The notes under the pieces were generated by a model. That model saw only the letters and a program-made list of their open reading frames with translations. It did not search any database and was not told where the DNA came from. Below, in pieces: positions 28,736 to 38,782 of a stretch of 64,000 bases of DNA. Numbering within the stretch: the first letter of the stretch is position 1; the number at the start of each line of letters is the position of its first letter. Source of the DNA: Thermodesulfobacteriota bacterium (GTDB lineage Bacteria > Desulfobacterota_D > UBA1144 > Nemesobacterales > JAJCZQ01); contig OZ244044.1 in NCBI GenBank assembly GCA_965215275.1, forward strand, positions 896,001 through 960,000. Reading direction: 5' to 3'. Made by a program: the position numbers and the translations under genes.

Positions 28736-30115
28736 TTGAGGCTATTTAGAAAAAACCTGATCTTTATCTTTACGCTCATAATATTAATACCGTTTGCACT
28801 TTCTTTTCTGTCCGATACGAAATATAATAATCTGGTTTTTGTCGTTGGAGCAGCACTTCTGCTGTTCGCACTTCTGCTGTGCTACCGTCTGGAAAGGACG
28901 ATCGGGACCGCTCTTGAAAAGATCGCCGACTTTTCCAGCACGATATCAGAGGGGAAGTTCAGTTCAAAGACGTTCGATCGTTCGCTCGACTATCTGAACC
29001 CCGCCCTGTCGTCAACGTTCGATAACCTTTCAAAAAAACTCAAAAGCACCTTTGCTGACATCAGCAGGGAAAAGAACGAACTTGAGGCTATACTGGACGC
29101 AATAAACGAAGGGGTTATCGTGATATCCGAAAACAGAGAGGTCGCTCTGGTGAACAAATCCGCTATGTCCATGTTCGGTCTTGCCAGAGATCACATAGGC
29201 AAGCCCTACTGGGAAGTGCTGAGGAACAAGCAGCTGAACGAGATGCTCTCTGATACTTTCGAGGAACAGAAAGGGATACAGAAAAAAATAAGCATTATTT
29301 ATCCTGAAGACAGGAGCTACGCTGCAAACACCATCCTGCTGGATAAACCTTCAAAAGAGGTTATCGCCGTTCTGTTCGATATTACCGAGTTCAATAAACT
29401 GGAGAAGATCAAAGCTGATTTCGTTGCAAACGTTTCTCATGAGCTGAAGACGCCACTGACGTCCATTAAAGGCTATACCGAAACCATAGAGGACAACGCG
29501 TACGAGAACAGGGAAGAACTGATGCAGTTTATGAAGATCATCTCACGAAACACGAACAGGCTTATAAGTATCGTTTCAGACCTGTTGATACTTTCAGAAC
29601 TGGAAGGGAAATATACCTACTCTTCCGATGATCCGGATCAGAACTTCGAAAGGGTTAATATGAACGAGATAATCGTCCAGACCACAGCATCACTGAAAAC
29701 GGAGTATCCTGATAAGCCTATACGCAGAAAAATGGACCTGATGGAAGGTCTGCCGACGGTCTATGGGATCAAGTTCTTTTTAGAACAGATGCTTACAAAC
29801 CTGATAGACAACGCCATCAAGTACAATAAACCCGGAGGGGAAATAAATATAACCTCGTTCCTGAACGGAACGTCAGTTGTAGTCAAGATCGCGGATACAG
29901 GTATAGGGGTCCCGAAGGAACATCAGACCAGGGTCTTTGAAAGATTTTACAGAGTGGATAAGGACAGGTCCCGTGAAGTAGGTGGAACTGGATTGGGACT
30001 GAGTATTGTAAAGCACATTGTGCTTGTGCACGGAGGCAGTATTGAACTTAAAAGCGAGCCGGGAGCGGGTAGTGAATTTATAATAGAACTGCCGATAAAC
30101 GCAAATGCAGGATGA
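28736..30115 (+). CDS. phoR: Phosphate regulon sensor histidine kinase
   Basis: TM-HAMP-PAS, DFVANVSHELKTPLTSI, FERFYRVDK.RSR and GGTGLGL. Confidence 0.87.
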   Translation: MRLFRKNLIFIFTLIILIPFALSFLSDTKYNNLVFVVGAALLLFALLLCYRLERTIGTALEKIADFSSTISEGKFSSKTFDRSLDYLNPALSSTFDNLSKKLKSTFADISREKNELEAILDAINEGVIVISENREVALVNKSAMSMFGLARDHIGKPYWEVLRNKQLNEMLSDTFEEQKGIQKKISIIYPEDRSYAANTILLDKPSKEVIAVLFDITEFNKLEKIKADFVANVSHELKTPLTSIKGYTETIEDNAYENREELMQFMKIISRNTNRLISIVSDLLILSELEGKYTYSSDDPDQNFERVNMNEIIVQTTASLKTEYPDKPIRRKMDLMEGLPTVYGIKFFLEQMLTNLIDNAIKYNKPGGEINITSFLNGTSVVVKIADTGIGVPKEHQTRVFERFYRVDKDRSREVGGTGLGLSIVKHIVLVHGGSIELKSEPGAGSEFIIELPINANAG

Positions 30116-30291
30116 ATTTGATTATTTAAGAAAAGAATTTCTTACATATGTTTATAAAAGGTAAAGATGAACTCCTCTGCCTGCAAACACTAATTATACA
30201 GTATCAGGAAAAGCATGCCACGCTTTGTCAGTTTATTGAAAGTACAGAGTAAAATTTGATGTTTATTGAATAATTGCTACAATAGTATTTT

Positions 30292-30876
30292 ATGGAAATA
30301 ATTAGCGAAAGATCAGAGATTAAAGATTGCCAGACAGTCCTCACTGATAGCCTAGAAAAAAACCTTACTGAACATTTACCACATCTATCAGGTTTACCAA
30401 AGAAAATTAAGGGACAATCCCGAGAAGTTGCTGATAGCGCCATTCACAATGGCCGTCTATGGTTTGCTTTTAAAGATAAACACAAACATCGTTACTGGAA
30501 CGCATTCGGTCTGACAACAAGCTATAGTAAAAAAGAAGGTTATATTATAATAGCAGAAATTAATTCTCCAAGAGAGGGTATAAGCGACTCGCCAGTAGGC
30601 CCATTTGGCGTTTTTGCTAAGGATAAGGATAAAAAACGATATATTCTGCACCGAGGGAAGTTTAGAGAATATCATCAAGACATTAGTGAAGACAAATCCT
30701 TACACTGGTGGAGAAACAACTACGACTCCTCTGAATTGTCTGAATTGAGCGATAATCAAGAAGCCATATTAATCAGTTCCCTAGAAGATGGCAGTTCACT
30801 GGTCAAAAATATCACGTCGTTTATAAAAAAAGTCCGCGATTTAAAAAACCATCTTCATAAATTCCCTGACAATTAA
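30292..30876 (+). CDS. Hypothetical protein (domain resembling N-termini of restriction/HNH proteins)
   Basis: RYWNAFG, EINSP..G and ILHRGK; no nuclease domain visible. Confidence 0.55.
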   Translation: MEIISERSEIKDCQTVLTDSLEKNLTEHLPHLSGLPKKIKGQSREVADSAIHNGRLWFAFKDKHKHRYWNAFGLTTSYSKKEGYIIIAEINSPREGISDSPVGPFGVFAKDKDKKRYILHRGKFREYHQDISEDKSLHWWRNNYDSSELSELSDNQEAILISSLEDGSSLVKNITSFIKKVRDLKNHLHKFPDN

Positions 30877-31011
30877 AAACTATTGAATCTGTCCCGTTTT
30901 TAATACAGAAGTTAGAAACAACATCCCTAAAACTACACCTCCTAAAAAGTGTTTCATTATAAAAACCTTCTGAATTGCCCTTAGCTGCAATCCTTAACAT
31001 AAGGAATAAAG

Positions 31012-31260
31012 CTATATCAAATAGTTTAGTAAACTATTATCCTTTTCCCTTTGTTCTTTTTCATAAACATCAGATACACCATCGGACTTGTCAGGTTTGG
31101 CGAGTGCTTTTCTAAAAGTCTGGTTTTTATCTTTGTAAACATCTCTTATAGCATCACTGCTAAAACCCCATATATCCGGCTTGGTATAGAACAGTATTGT
31201 ATCGTACTTTCTTGGAAACCACCGATTAGTATTTGATGGTCCGGTGTATAAAACCATATC
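31012..31260 (-). pseudogene. Internal fragment of a beta-class DNA methyltransferase
   Basis: YTGPSNTNRWFPRKYDTILFYTK resembles the RKHDTILFY segment; no catalytic or SAM motif present. Confidence 0.55.
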
Positions 31261-31837
31261 AGGAAGGTCTGTCAATCAAATACTTAAACTGAAGTTTATC
31301 TCCCCTAGTGGATATTTTCAGCATTTGATCTGGTAAGTTATGTAAATCTGAATTACCCATAATGTTTCTAGTTGGTTTTTTGTTCACGCCAATGTTTACT
31401 ATACTTACAAAACGTTCTTCGTATTCTTCCAAAAACTGCGGCTGTGACCAGAATTCTCTACCAATGGATTTACAATAAGCCATAAAGCACCGTGCTCCCT
31501 TTAACTGTTGTCTGATAATTTGATTATCTTGATTTGAATTGCTTCTCTTCATCTCTATGTAAATAATCCAAGCGACTGTGTCATTACTGGCAACAAGAAC
31601 AAAATCGGCTCGTTTACATTCTCCTTTATTATTCTTAAAGATCTTTGTTGGTGCCTCGAAGTTCTTGTCCACATTAATCGCAATAATGTTATTCGGTACG
31701 TTGTTTATTTTAAGAACATACTTTTTTTCATTCCCGGATTCTTTCAAGGTTACAGTATTCTTACCATAATTACGCTCAATCTTGGCACATGCTTCGTCCT
31801 TGATTAAATCATTTAATAACTTCAAATCATCTGCCAT
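31259..31837 (-). CDS. Putative PD-(D/E)xK nuclease-like partner of the ATPase
   Basis: KRADFVLV...IIYIEMK...QQLKGA. Confidence 0.65.
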   Translation of the reverse strand: MADDLKLLNDLIKDEACAKIERNYGKNTVTLKESGNEKKYVLKINNVPNNIIAINVDKNFEAPTKIFKNNKGECKRADFVLVASNDTVAWIIYIEMKRSNSNQDNQIIRQQLKGARCFMAYCKSIGREFWSQPQFLEEYEERFVSIVNIGVNKKPTRNIMGNSDLHNLPDQMLKISTRGDKLQFKYLIDRPS

Positions 31838-31840
31838 CCA

Positions 31841-33235
31841 TTATTCTCCCCATATTATATCTTCTTGAATTTCATTCATTTTGTTAATCGTTTCGTCGAA
31901 AGTACTTACCTCAATACCGTTTTGTTGATCTATATCCGCTCCTACAAGAGTATAGTGGCGGCTTTTCCTTTTATTTTTACCTAAGGTCACAAGTGCTTTT
32001 TCTGCTATATACACCTTGATCTTCTTGATATCCATGAGTTCTGATTTTTCATAGCCTTCCTCCTTAATTATCCGTTTCAAGTGAGGGGTTTTATTATTCA
32101 GCATAATCAAAGTATTGAGTTCTTTGATAATGTAATCGCTGTGTGTGGTAATGAATACCTTGATCCCGAGATTCACCAGCCGAGCGAACAATCTGGCTAT
32201 ACGCCGCTGATTTTCAGGGTGCAGGTTTAGCTCTGGTTCATCCACCATCAATAAGTCGCTAGGATTAGCTTGGTGGCGCAGGTAAAAGCCTATGTCAAGC
32301 ATCGAACGCACTGCACTGGAACTTTCATTCATTGTCAACTTGACCCGTGCATTTTTAGGTTTAAAATGAAGTATATTGTTACCCCGGACGATATATTCAC
32401 CCCCGATAATGTCTGCAAATTGATTCAAAATATTAGAGTGATGTTTTAAAAGAAAACCATCCTGTTTGGAGATGGATTCAAGGTAGCGAATAAAATCCAC
32501 ATTTTTTTTGATCGGTATGGCATAATCCTCATAAGACCTGCGCAGCAGTTTTATCGGTTCAGTTTTTGTATCCTTTCTACTCATTTCCTCTAAAAGACGA
32601 TTGCGGGCAAAATCCAGTTCTTTACGAAAGATCGCTGCACCTGTTCGTTCGGCACTTGCTATGAATGGCAATGGGAAAATACTACCAAACAGAATGTCAA
32701 CAACCTCTCTTGAGATCATATCTTGGATTGTGCCAACAGGTGGCACTTCACTTATTTTTTTATCTATAAGTAGTGAAAATATAATATCCCTCTTTCCTTT
32801 CTCCTTGGTAAGAGATAGTATCCCAGTTTTTTTAGACTCGATTTTCCACTTAAAAGAAGCATCCTTTGTGTTTTGGAGCACTTTTTCCATTGGTATCTCT
32901 AGTTCAAAGATCGAGTCTTTAAAATAGGTTTCCTTTGAAGCAAACACGTGTCTTAATACCTTACTATATTTCTTGCAACCATCCTTAAGGACAGAATTTA
33001 CCCTCTTTGCCTGATCAACCAAGTCGACCCGCGTGACACCTGTATCTATCAACTCATTTATTTTATTAGAGGAAATATCAACTCTTAAAATGCGATTCCA
33101 CACCATCAGAAATCCGTATAAGGCATAGGTTGCGTAGGTCTTACCAGTATTGTTTTTACCACAGATAATAGTAAGGTCGCCTAGCTCAAATTCTGCCTTC
33201 CGCAGAATGCCTAATTTTTCCACTCGTATCTTCAC
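31841..33235 (-). CDS. ABC/AAA_15-AAA_21 (AbiEii-like) ATPase
   Basis: GKNNTGKT Walker A, AERTG, SSSAVRS signature, LLMVDEPELNLHP and ITTHS. Confidence 0.88.
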   Translation of the reverse strand: MKIRVEKLGILRKAEFELGDLTIICGKNNTGKTYATYALYGFLMVWNRILRVDISSNKINELIDTGVTRVDLVDQAKRVNSVLKDGCKKYSKVLRHVFASKETYFKDSIFELEIPMEKVLQNTKDASFKWKIESKKTGILSLTKEKGKRDIIFSLLIDKKISEVPPVGTIQDMISREVVDILFGSIFPLPFIASAERTGAAIFRKELDFARNRLLEEMSRKDTKTEPIKLLRRSYEDYAIPIKKNVDFIRYLESISKQDGFLLKHHSNILNQFADIIGGEYIVRGNNILHFKPKNARVKLTMNESSSAVRSMLDIGFYLRHQANPSDLLMVDEPELNLHPENQRRIARLFARLVNLGIKVFITTHSDYIIKELNTLIMLNNKTPHLKRIIKEEGYEKSELMDIKKIKVYIAEKALVTLGKNKRKSRHYTLVGADIDQQNGIEVSTFDETINKMNEIQEDIIWGE

Positions 33236-33528
33236 ACCTTTACCTCCACCACTTTCATTGTATCCTTACCAACATATATCAATATATATTAATAACTTTA
33301 ACAGCTATTTTTTTTGACCGTATTTTACTTGATTACTAAAATATATTATTCCCTTATAGTTACCTTCACTAGTTATTTAATCGTATGATACTTCATGTAT
33401 CCAATTTCCTTCTTCTGGTCTTACAGTAACAGTAAAGTTTGAAATAAGTAATGATAAAAAGGGAATAACTATTTTCATCTTATTCCTCTTGTGGAAACTT
33501 TCTTTGTTCTGTCATTTTGAGCAAGATG

Positions 33529-33993
33529 TTATAACTCTAAAAATTTCCACTTAGCTGTATTTTTTTTCTCTAAATTGATACCTAAATGATCTTTTGCCCA
33601 CTTCTTAAGTTTAGTTATAAGGTTTTCGTTATGACAAAATTTCTTAGGGACTCCCAATTCCTCACTGACTACATCTGCAATTTTGTCATGTGCCGCTTCA
33701 CCAGAAAACTCCACTCCGTTGAATTTGTTTGACTGGCATTTTTTTTCGTAATACAATAGACACTTACGTAACTCAAAAGTCATGTTTCTGTACCCAACAA
33801 ATTTACCAATCCCAAATTGAGAAGTATCAGAGTCATAAACCCAATAACGTTCTATATTTGATTTAAAGAAATGCTGTTTTATAATCGGACGTAATGTTTC
33901 TAAATCGTTTTTTGCCTGTTCATTTAATGTCCTAATATTGTCCTTAATATCATCTATTGTTTCCACAAGATCTAATTTTGGTTTTTTTTGCAT
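33529..33993 (-). CDS. Hypothetical protein, paralog 1
   Basis: TIDDIKDNIRT.NEQAK, RYWVYD.DTSQFG.GKFV.YRNM.FE; AAGGAG RBS. Confidence 0.75.
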   Translation of the reverse strand: MQKKPKLDLVETIDDIKDNIRTLNEQAKNDLETLRPIIKQHFFKSNIERYWVYDSDTSQFGIGKFVGYRNMTFELRKCLLYYEKKCQSNKFNGVEFSGEAAHDKIADVVSEELGVPKKFCHNENLITKLKKWAKDHLGINLEKKNTAKWKFLEL

Positions 33994-34633
33994 ATTTTAC
34001 ACTCCTTTACTATCGGATTTTTTGTTTTTACTTTACTGTTAACAGGAAAGACAACAACTTTCACTATTCCATCAGAGTATTGTATACCTCGTAGTTAGTC
34101 AAAAAAGAAAATAATCTGCACTTGTAAGGGTTTTCAGGAGTTTATAAGTATATATATTATCTTCTATAAATTTTTCTTTGCTTCAAGTACCTTGTGTTGC
34201 TTAATATCGTTCATACCTTGAAAATTTGATTGTACCTCTAATCGGATTTTGGTTTTTACCTCCCCCTCACTCTTAAATCTGCGATAGGGATTTTCTAATA
34301 TTCTGCCAAGATTATTCATAGTGCGAACCTTTTTATTCTTTTTTAGTTTCTCGTAAGCGGTGTTTATTACTTGCTTTTTAAATATGACAATACCTTCGTG
34401 TTGTATGTCTTTGGAAATAAAACAGTTTAATTTTTTAACTATTTCAAAACCCCTTTTATTTAATCCATACGTATGTTACGATAATAAAAAAGGTAGTTTT
34501 ATGGTTAGAAAACCAGAAATAATACCGCATATAATCAGGTTCATTTGATTATATAGTTAAAGTTGTTGTTGCTCTTATCAATAAATCTGTTAAAGCAAAA
34601 ACAACAAAATCCAATAGTAAAGGAGTATAAAAT

Positions 34634-35065
34634 ATGCAAGAACCCGAATTAGAGTATGTGTCAACAATAGATGATATTAAGGACAATATTAGAACATTCA
34701 ATGAACAGGCAAAAGATAATTTAGCATTTATATACAGGGATTACCTTACAGGGGTACGTCCGGCACCTCGTTATTGGGTTTATGACCCTGATACCTCTCA
34801 ATTTGGACCTGGCAAATTTGTTGCATACAGGAATATGGATTTTGAGTCTCGCAGAAAAATACTGGATTATAGAAAACATACTAATAAAAAAGTTTCACGC
34901 AATGGAGTGATTTATGATGGTGGTGTTGCACATAAAAAAATTACAAAGGTAACCCATAAGAAATTTAATGATTACCTTATAAATGAATTTGAGAACTGGG
35001 CAGACCGATTAGGTATAGATTTAAGTACGATTAATACAGATAAGTACAAATTTGTAAAGTTATAA
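34634..35065 (+). CDS. Hypothetical protein, paralog 2 (divergent from paralog 1)
   Basis: Same motifs and the same upstream RBS region. Confidence 0.75.
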   Translation: MQEPELEYVSTIDDIKDNIRTFNEQAKDNLAFIYRDYLTGVRPAPRYWVYDPDTSQFGPGKFVAYRNMDFESRRKILDYRKHTNKKVSRNGVIYDGGVAHKKITKVTHKKFNDYLINEFENWADRLGIDLSTINTDKYKFVKL

Positions 35066-35355
35066 ATATCTTATTTAAAGTGTTTTCTACAGGGCTGAAG
35101 CGTAAACCCCTGAATTAACGCGGTATTAATACTTTGGAAATTATATACTTTGTTCGCCAAAATGATTACCTATGTTTTACTAGTTTTTTTCTTGTTTTTA
35201 TTCTCAAGGATTTCTCTTTGTTTTTTAACAAATTCAGCGTCAGGTTTGAACTAGATCTTTACTGTCTTTACCCCATTTCTGCTCCTCAAACCATCTACAG
35301 GCTGATCTCTCATCTGGAAACTTCTTAAAAAAGGCGGTTCCTTTCATTACAAGCA

Positions 35356-36294
35356 TTAACTCAAATAACCGATCTCTCTCATCAGGCTTTCGCTTTCCGT
35401 CCATCTCTCCTTCACCTTGACCCAGAGTTTCATAAAGACCTTTGTGCCAAGTATGTTCTCGATCTCGACCCTGGAGCGACTTCCAGCTTCTTTAAGCAGC
35501 TCTCCCCTCTTGCCGATAACTATTCCCCTGTGGGTCTTTCTCTCTACAAACACGACCGCATCGATCTCTATGATCCCCTTATGGGGATTTTCCTGAAACT
35601 TTTCCACCATAACGGCGGTCCTGTACGGTATTTCCTCCCTTGTAAGTTCGAAAATCTTCTCCCTTATTATCTCCGCAGCAAGGAACCTCTCGCTCTGATC
35701 CGTGTACATATCGTCAGGGAAATATTTTTTTCCTTTAGGCAGGTTCTTTTTAATTACCTCCACAAGCTCCTCTATACCGTCCAGATCAACCGCAGATACA
35801 GGCATGATCTCTTTTATACTGTCCCCGTACTTTGCAGCAGAGGTGATAATGTTCAGGATCTCCGTCTTTCTGATCAGGTCTATCTTGTTGATAACCAGGA
35901 TGAACGGCTTGGAAAGGGTTTTTATTATGAACTCGTCCTCTTGACAAAAAGGCCTCCTGGCATCGATCATGAGCAGGGATGAGTCCGCTTCAGCAGTGGA
36001 GTTCATTGACGTCTGGACCATGGCCTTTTGCAGTTTACCTCTGCGTTTTTTATGTATTCCAGGAGTATCAAGAAAAACTATCTGACAGTCTGACCGTGTT
36101 AAAATACCCGTTATGCGGTTCCTGGTCGTGTTCGGCTTATCTGAAACGGCCGAGACCTTCCGTCCTATAACTGCGTTAACGAGCGTCGATTTACCAACGT
36201 TCGGTCTGCCTATCACGGCTACAAAACCCGACCTGAAATCATCCGGCTTTTCTATGGCAACTTTCTCATCCTGTGGTAAGGTTTCTTCACGCAT
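35356..36294 (-). CDS. era: GTPase Era
   Basis: GRPNVGKST, TTRNRI, DTPG, NKID and C-terminal KH domain. Confidence 0.97.
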   Translation of the reverse strand: MREETLPQDEKVAIEKPDDFRSGFVAVIGRPNVGKSTLVNAVIGRKVSAVSDKPNTTRNRITGILTRSDCQIVFLDTPGIHKKRRGKLQKAMVQTSMNSTAEADSSLLMIDARRPFCQEDEFIIKTLSKPFILVINKIDLIRKTEILNIITSAAKYGDSIKEIMPVSAVDLDGIEELVEVIKKNLPKGKKYFPDDMYTDQSERFLAAEIIREKIFELTREEIPYRTAVMVEKFQENPHKGIIEIDAVVFVERKTHRGIVIGKRGELLKEAGSRSRVEIENILGTKVFMKLWVKVKERWTESESLMREIGYLS

Positions 36295-36495
36295 ACCGGA
36301 AACAGTTTACCCTGAAATATCCAGGTCCGGTGGAAATTTAATTCTGAATATCACACACGGAAGTTTAAACTACGAAGGTCCTTCGCTTCAGATGTCCGGT
36401 CAGAATATATGAATTATGCCAGATCGAACCATCAACGCTTATTGCTAATACGGTCCGTTAAGGTTAGCATTACTGGTCGATCTCAGAGGTGAAAC

Positions 36496-38328
36496 GTGTT
36501 AAGTTTGCAAGGCAGTTGGAAAAGAACGGTTTACTGCGGAAACGTTGATAAAAGCCATATAGGAAAGGAACTGACCCTCATGGGATGGGTACAGTCCAGC
36601 AGGGACCACGGGGGACTTATATTCATAGACCTCAGGGACAGAGAGGGAATATGTCAGATAGTGTTCAATCCAGAGCACAACCCGGACACGCACAAGACGG
36701 CCGAAAGCATCAAGGATGAATGGGTACTGGCAGTAAGAGGCAAGGTAGCACAGAGAACCCCCGAGACGATAAATCCCAACGTCAGGACCGGTGAGATCGA
36801 AATAGTGGCCGATGAAGTAAAAGTACTCAACTCCTCGGCCGTGATCCCGTTCCTTATAGAGGACGAAATAAACGCCGATGAACTGCTGAGGCTTAAATAC
36901 AGATACCTTGACCTCAGAAGACCTTCCATGCAGAAATGCCTGATGCTGAGGCATAAGATAACCTCTGCAACAAGAAGCTATCTGAACTCAAGTGGTTTTA
37001 TAGAAATAGAAACTCCCTGCCTTACCAAGTCAACTCCCGAGGGTGCAAGGGATTTTCTGGTACCAAGCAGATTGAGTCCCGGAGAGTTCTACGCTCTGCC
37101 CCAGTCCCCCCAGATACTGAAGCAGACCCTTATGGTATCGGGATTTGATAAATACTATCAGATAGTAAGGTGCTTTCGCGACGAAGACCTGCGAGCGGAC
37201 AGGCAACCTGAATTTACCCAGATAGACCTTGAGATGTCGTTCGTTACGGAAGATGACGTAATAGCGGTCGTGGAAGGGCTTTTATGCTCAATATGCGAGG
37301 CTGCGAACGGAAAGAAGGTGCAAACGCCTTTTCCGAGGATCTCATACGAGGAGGCAATGCTCAGGTACGGGACAGACAGACCTGATACAAGGTTCGGACT
37401 CGAGCTTGAAGACGTAACAGAGATATTTAAAAATTCGGAGTTCAAGGTCTTTAAAAGTGCCGTGGACAAGGGAGGCGTTGTAAAAACCCTGAACGTAAAA
37501 GGAAAAGGGAACGAGCTGTCCAGAAAGGACATAGATGACCAGACGGAGGAAGCAAGGTCCCTTGGAGCAAAAGGACTTGCATGGATAAAAGTGACTGAAA
37601 ACGAACTTCAGTCGCCGATCATAAAGTTCTTTTCCGATACGGAGATCAAAAAACTTACAGAAAGGCTAAACCTTGAGCCCGGGGACATCGTCTTTTTCGG
37701 TGCGGACAGCAAGGCCGTTGTGAACTCCGTACTTTCAAACCTCAGGACGGCTTTTGGAAAGAAGTTCGATCTGATCGACCACGGCAGACTGGATTTTGTC
37801 TGGGTGGTCGACTTTCCGCTGCTTGACTATGATGCAAACGAAAAAAAGTACACTGCGCTTCACCATCCGTTCACTTCACCAAAGGACGAGCATCTCGCAC
37901 TGCTGGAAAAGGACCCCGTAAAGGTCTTGTCCAGAGCATATGATATTGTGCTCAACGGGGTTGAGATAGGCGGGGGAAGCATCAGGGTGCACAGAAAAGA
38001 CGTTCAGGAAAAGATATTTAATGCGATCGGACTGAGCAAGGAAGAAGCAAAGGATAAGTTCGGCTTTCTGCTAAGTGCCCTGGAGTTTGGTGCACCTCCG
38101 CACGGCGGTATAGCACTTGGTCTCGACAGGATAGTCATGCTGCTTGCAGGAAGGGATTCAATTCGTGACGTAATTGCATTTCCTAAAACCCAGAAAGGTA
38201 TCTGTCCGTTCACGGAAGCGCCGACGGAGATAAGCACTGAACATCTAAAAGAACTAGAAATAACAATAAATTCTGAACAACTCCTTAAAAACTGCAAAAA
38301 CACGGTACCAGAAAAAGCAACAGAATAA
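36496..38328 (+). CDS. aspS: Aspartate-tRNA ligase (RDHGG suggests the non-discriminating type)
   Basis: [35 protein letters not shown] and [12 protein letters not shown]. Confidence 0.97.
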   Translation: MLSLQGSWKRTVYCGNVDKSHIGKELTLMGWVQSSRDHGGLIFIDLRDREGICQIVFNPEHNPDTHKTAESIKDEWVLAVRGKVAQRTPETINPNVRTGEIEIVADEVKVLNSSAVIPFLIEDEINADELLRLKYRYLDLRRPSMQKCLMLRHKITSATRSYLNSSGFIEIETPCLTKSTPEGARDFLVPSRLSPGEFYALPQSPQILKQTLMVSGFDKYYQIVRCFRDEDLRADRQPEFTQIDLEMSFVTEDDVIAVVEGLLCSICEAANGKKVQTPFPRISYEEAMLRYGTDRPDTRFGLELEDVTEIFKNSEFKVFKSAVDKGGVVKTLNVKGKGNELSRKDIDDQTEEARSLGAKGLAWIKVTENELQSPIIKFFSDTEIKKLTERLNLEPGDIVFFGADSKAVVNSVLSNLRTAFGKKFDLIDHGRLDFVWVVDFPLLDYDANEKKYTALHHPFTSPKDEHLALLEKDPVKVLSRAYDIVLNGVEIGGGSIRVHRKDVQEKIFNAIGLSKEEAKDKFGFLLSALEFGAPPHGGIALGLDRIVMLLAGRDSIRDVIAFPKTQKGICPFTEAPTEISTEHLKELEITINSEQLLKNCKNTVPEKATE

Positions 38329-38563
38329 AAATACTTCATAACTTCCAGCACCGGTGACTAAGGCAGCAAAGGATTCCACAGAGCCGCGAATCATCTTATC
38401 CATCAAGCAGAACAAAAAGAATCGTTTGATGAAACGATTTCCTATCTACTTATAATTGGGAAACTATCAATATTCCTTGACAAAACTTTAAGATTATGAG
38501 TTGAATGAATAAAAAGGATATTTTTAACAAGTTTATATTTGTATTAGGTGGAACAGCTAATTA

Positions 38564-38782
38564 ATGAGATTAATTCTATTTTTTACGAGTTTATTTGTTG
38601 GTGATATTTTGAGCAATGCAAAAAAGATTGAACTCCATAATATACAAAGAGGAAAGTATTTTAGAATTGTCGCTGATGTCATAGCAGATGGAATATCCAT
38701 AAAGAGTGAACTTATTAAATCAAAACTTGCTTATTCCTATGACGGGAGAACTAAGAGAAAAATAGACTGGTGCCTACAATGA
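38564..38782 (+). pseudogene. Thermonuclease (SNase) family C-terminal fragment
   Basis: RGKYFRIVADV..DG...ELIK..LAY.YDG..K..DWC; the N-terminal half is missing. Confidence 0.65.

Noticed and set aside
34150..34545. - strand gene in the spacer between the inverted paralogs
   Set aside because: The frame contains an internal stop and no recognisable motif.
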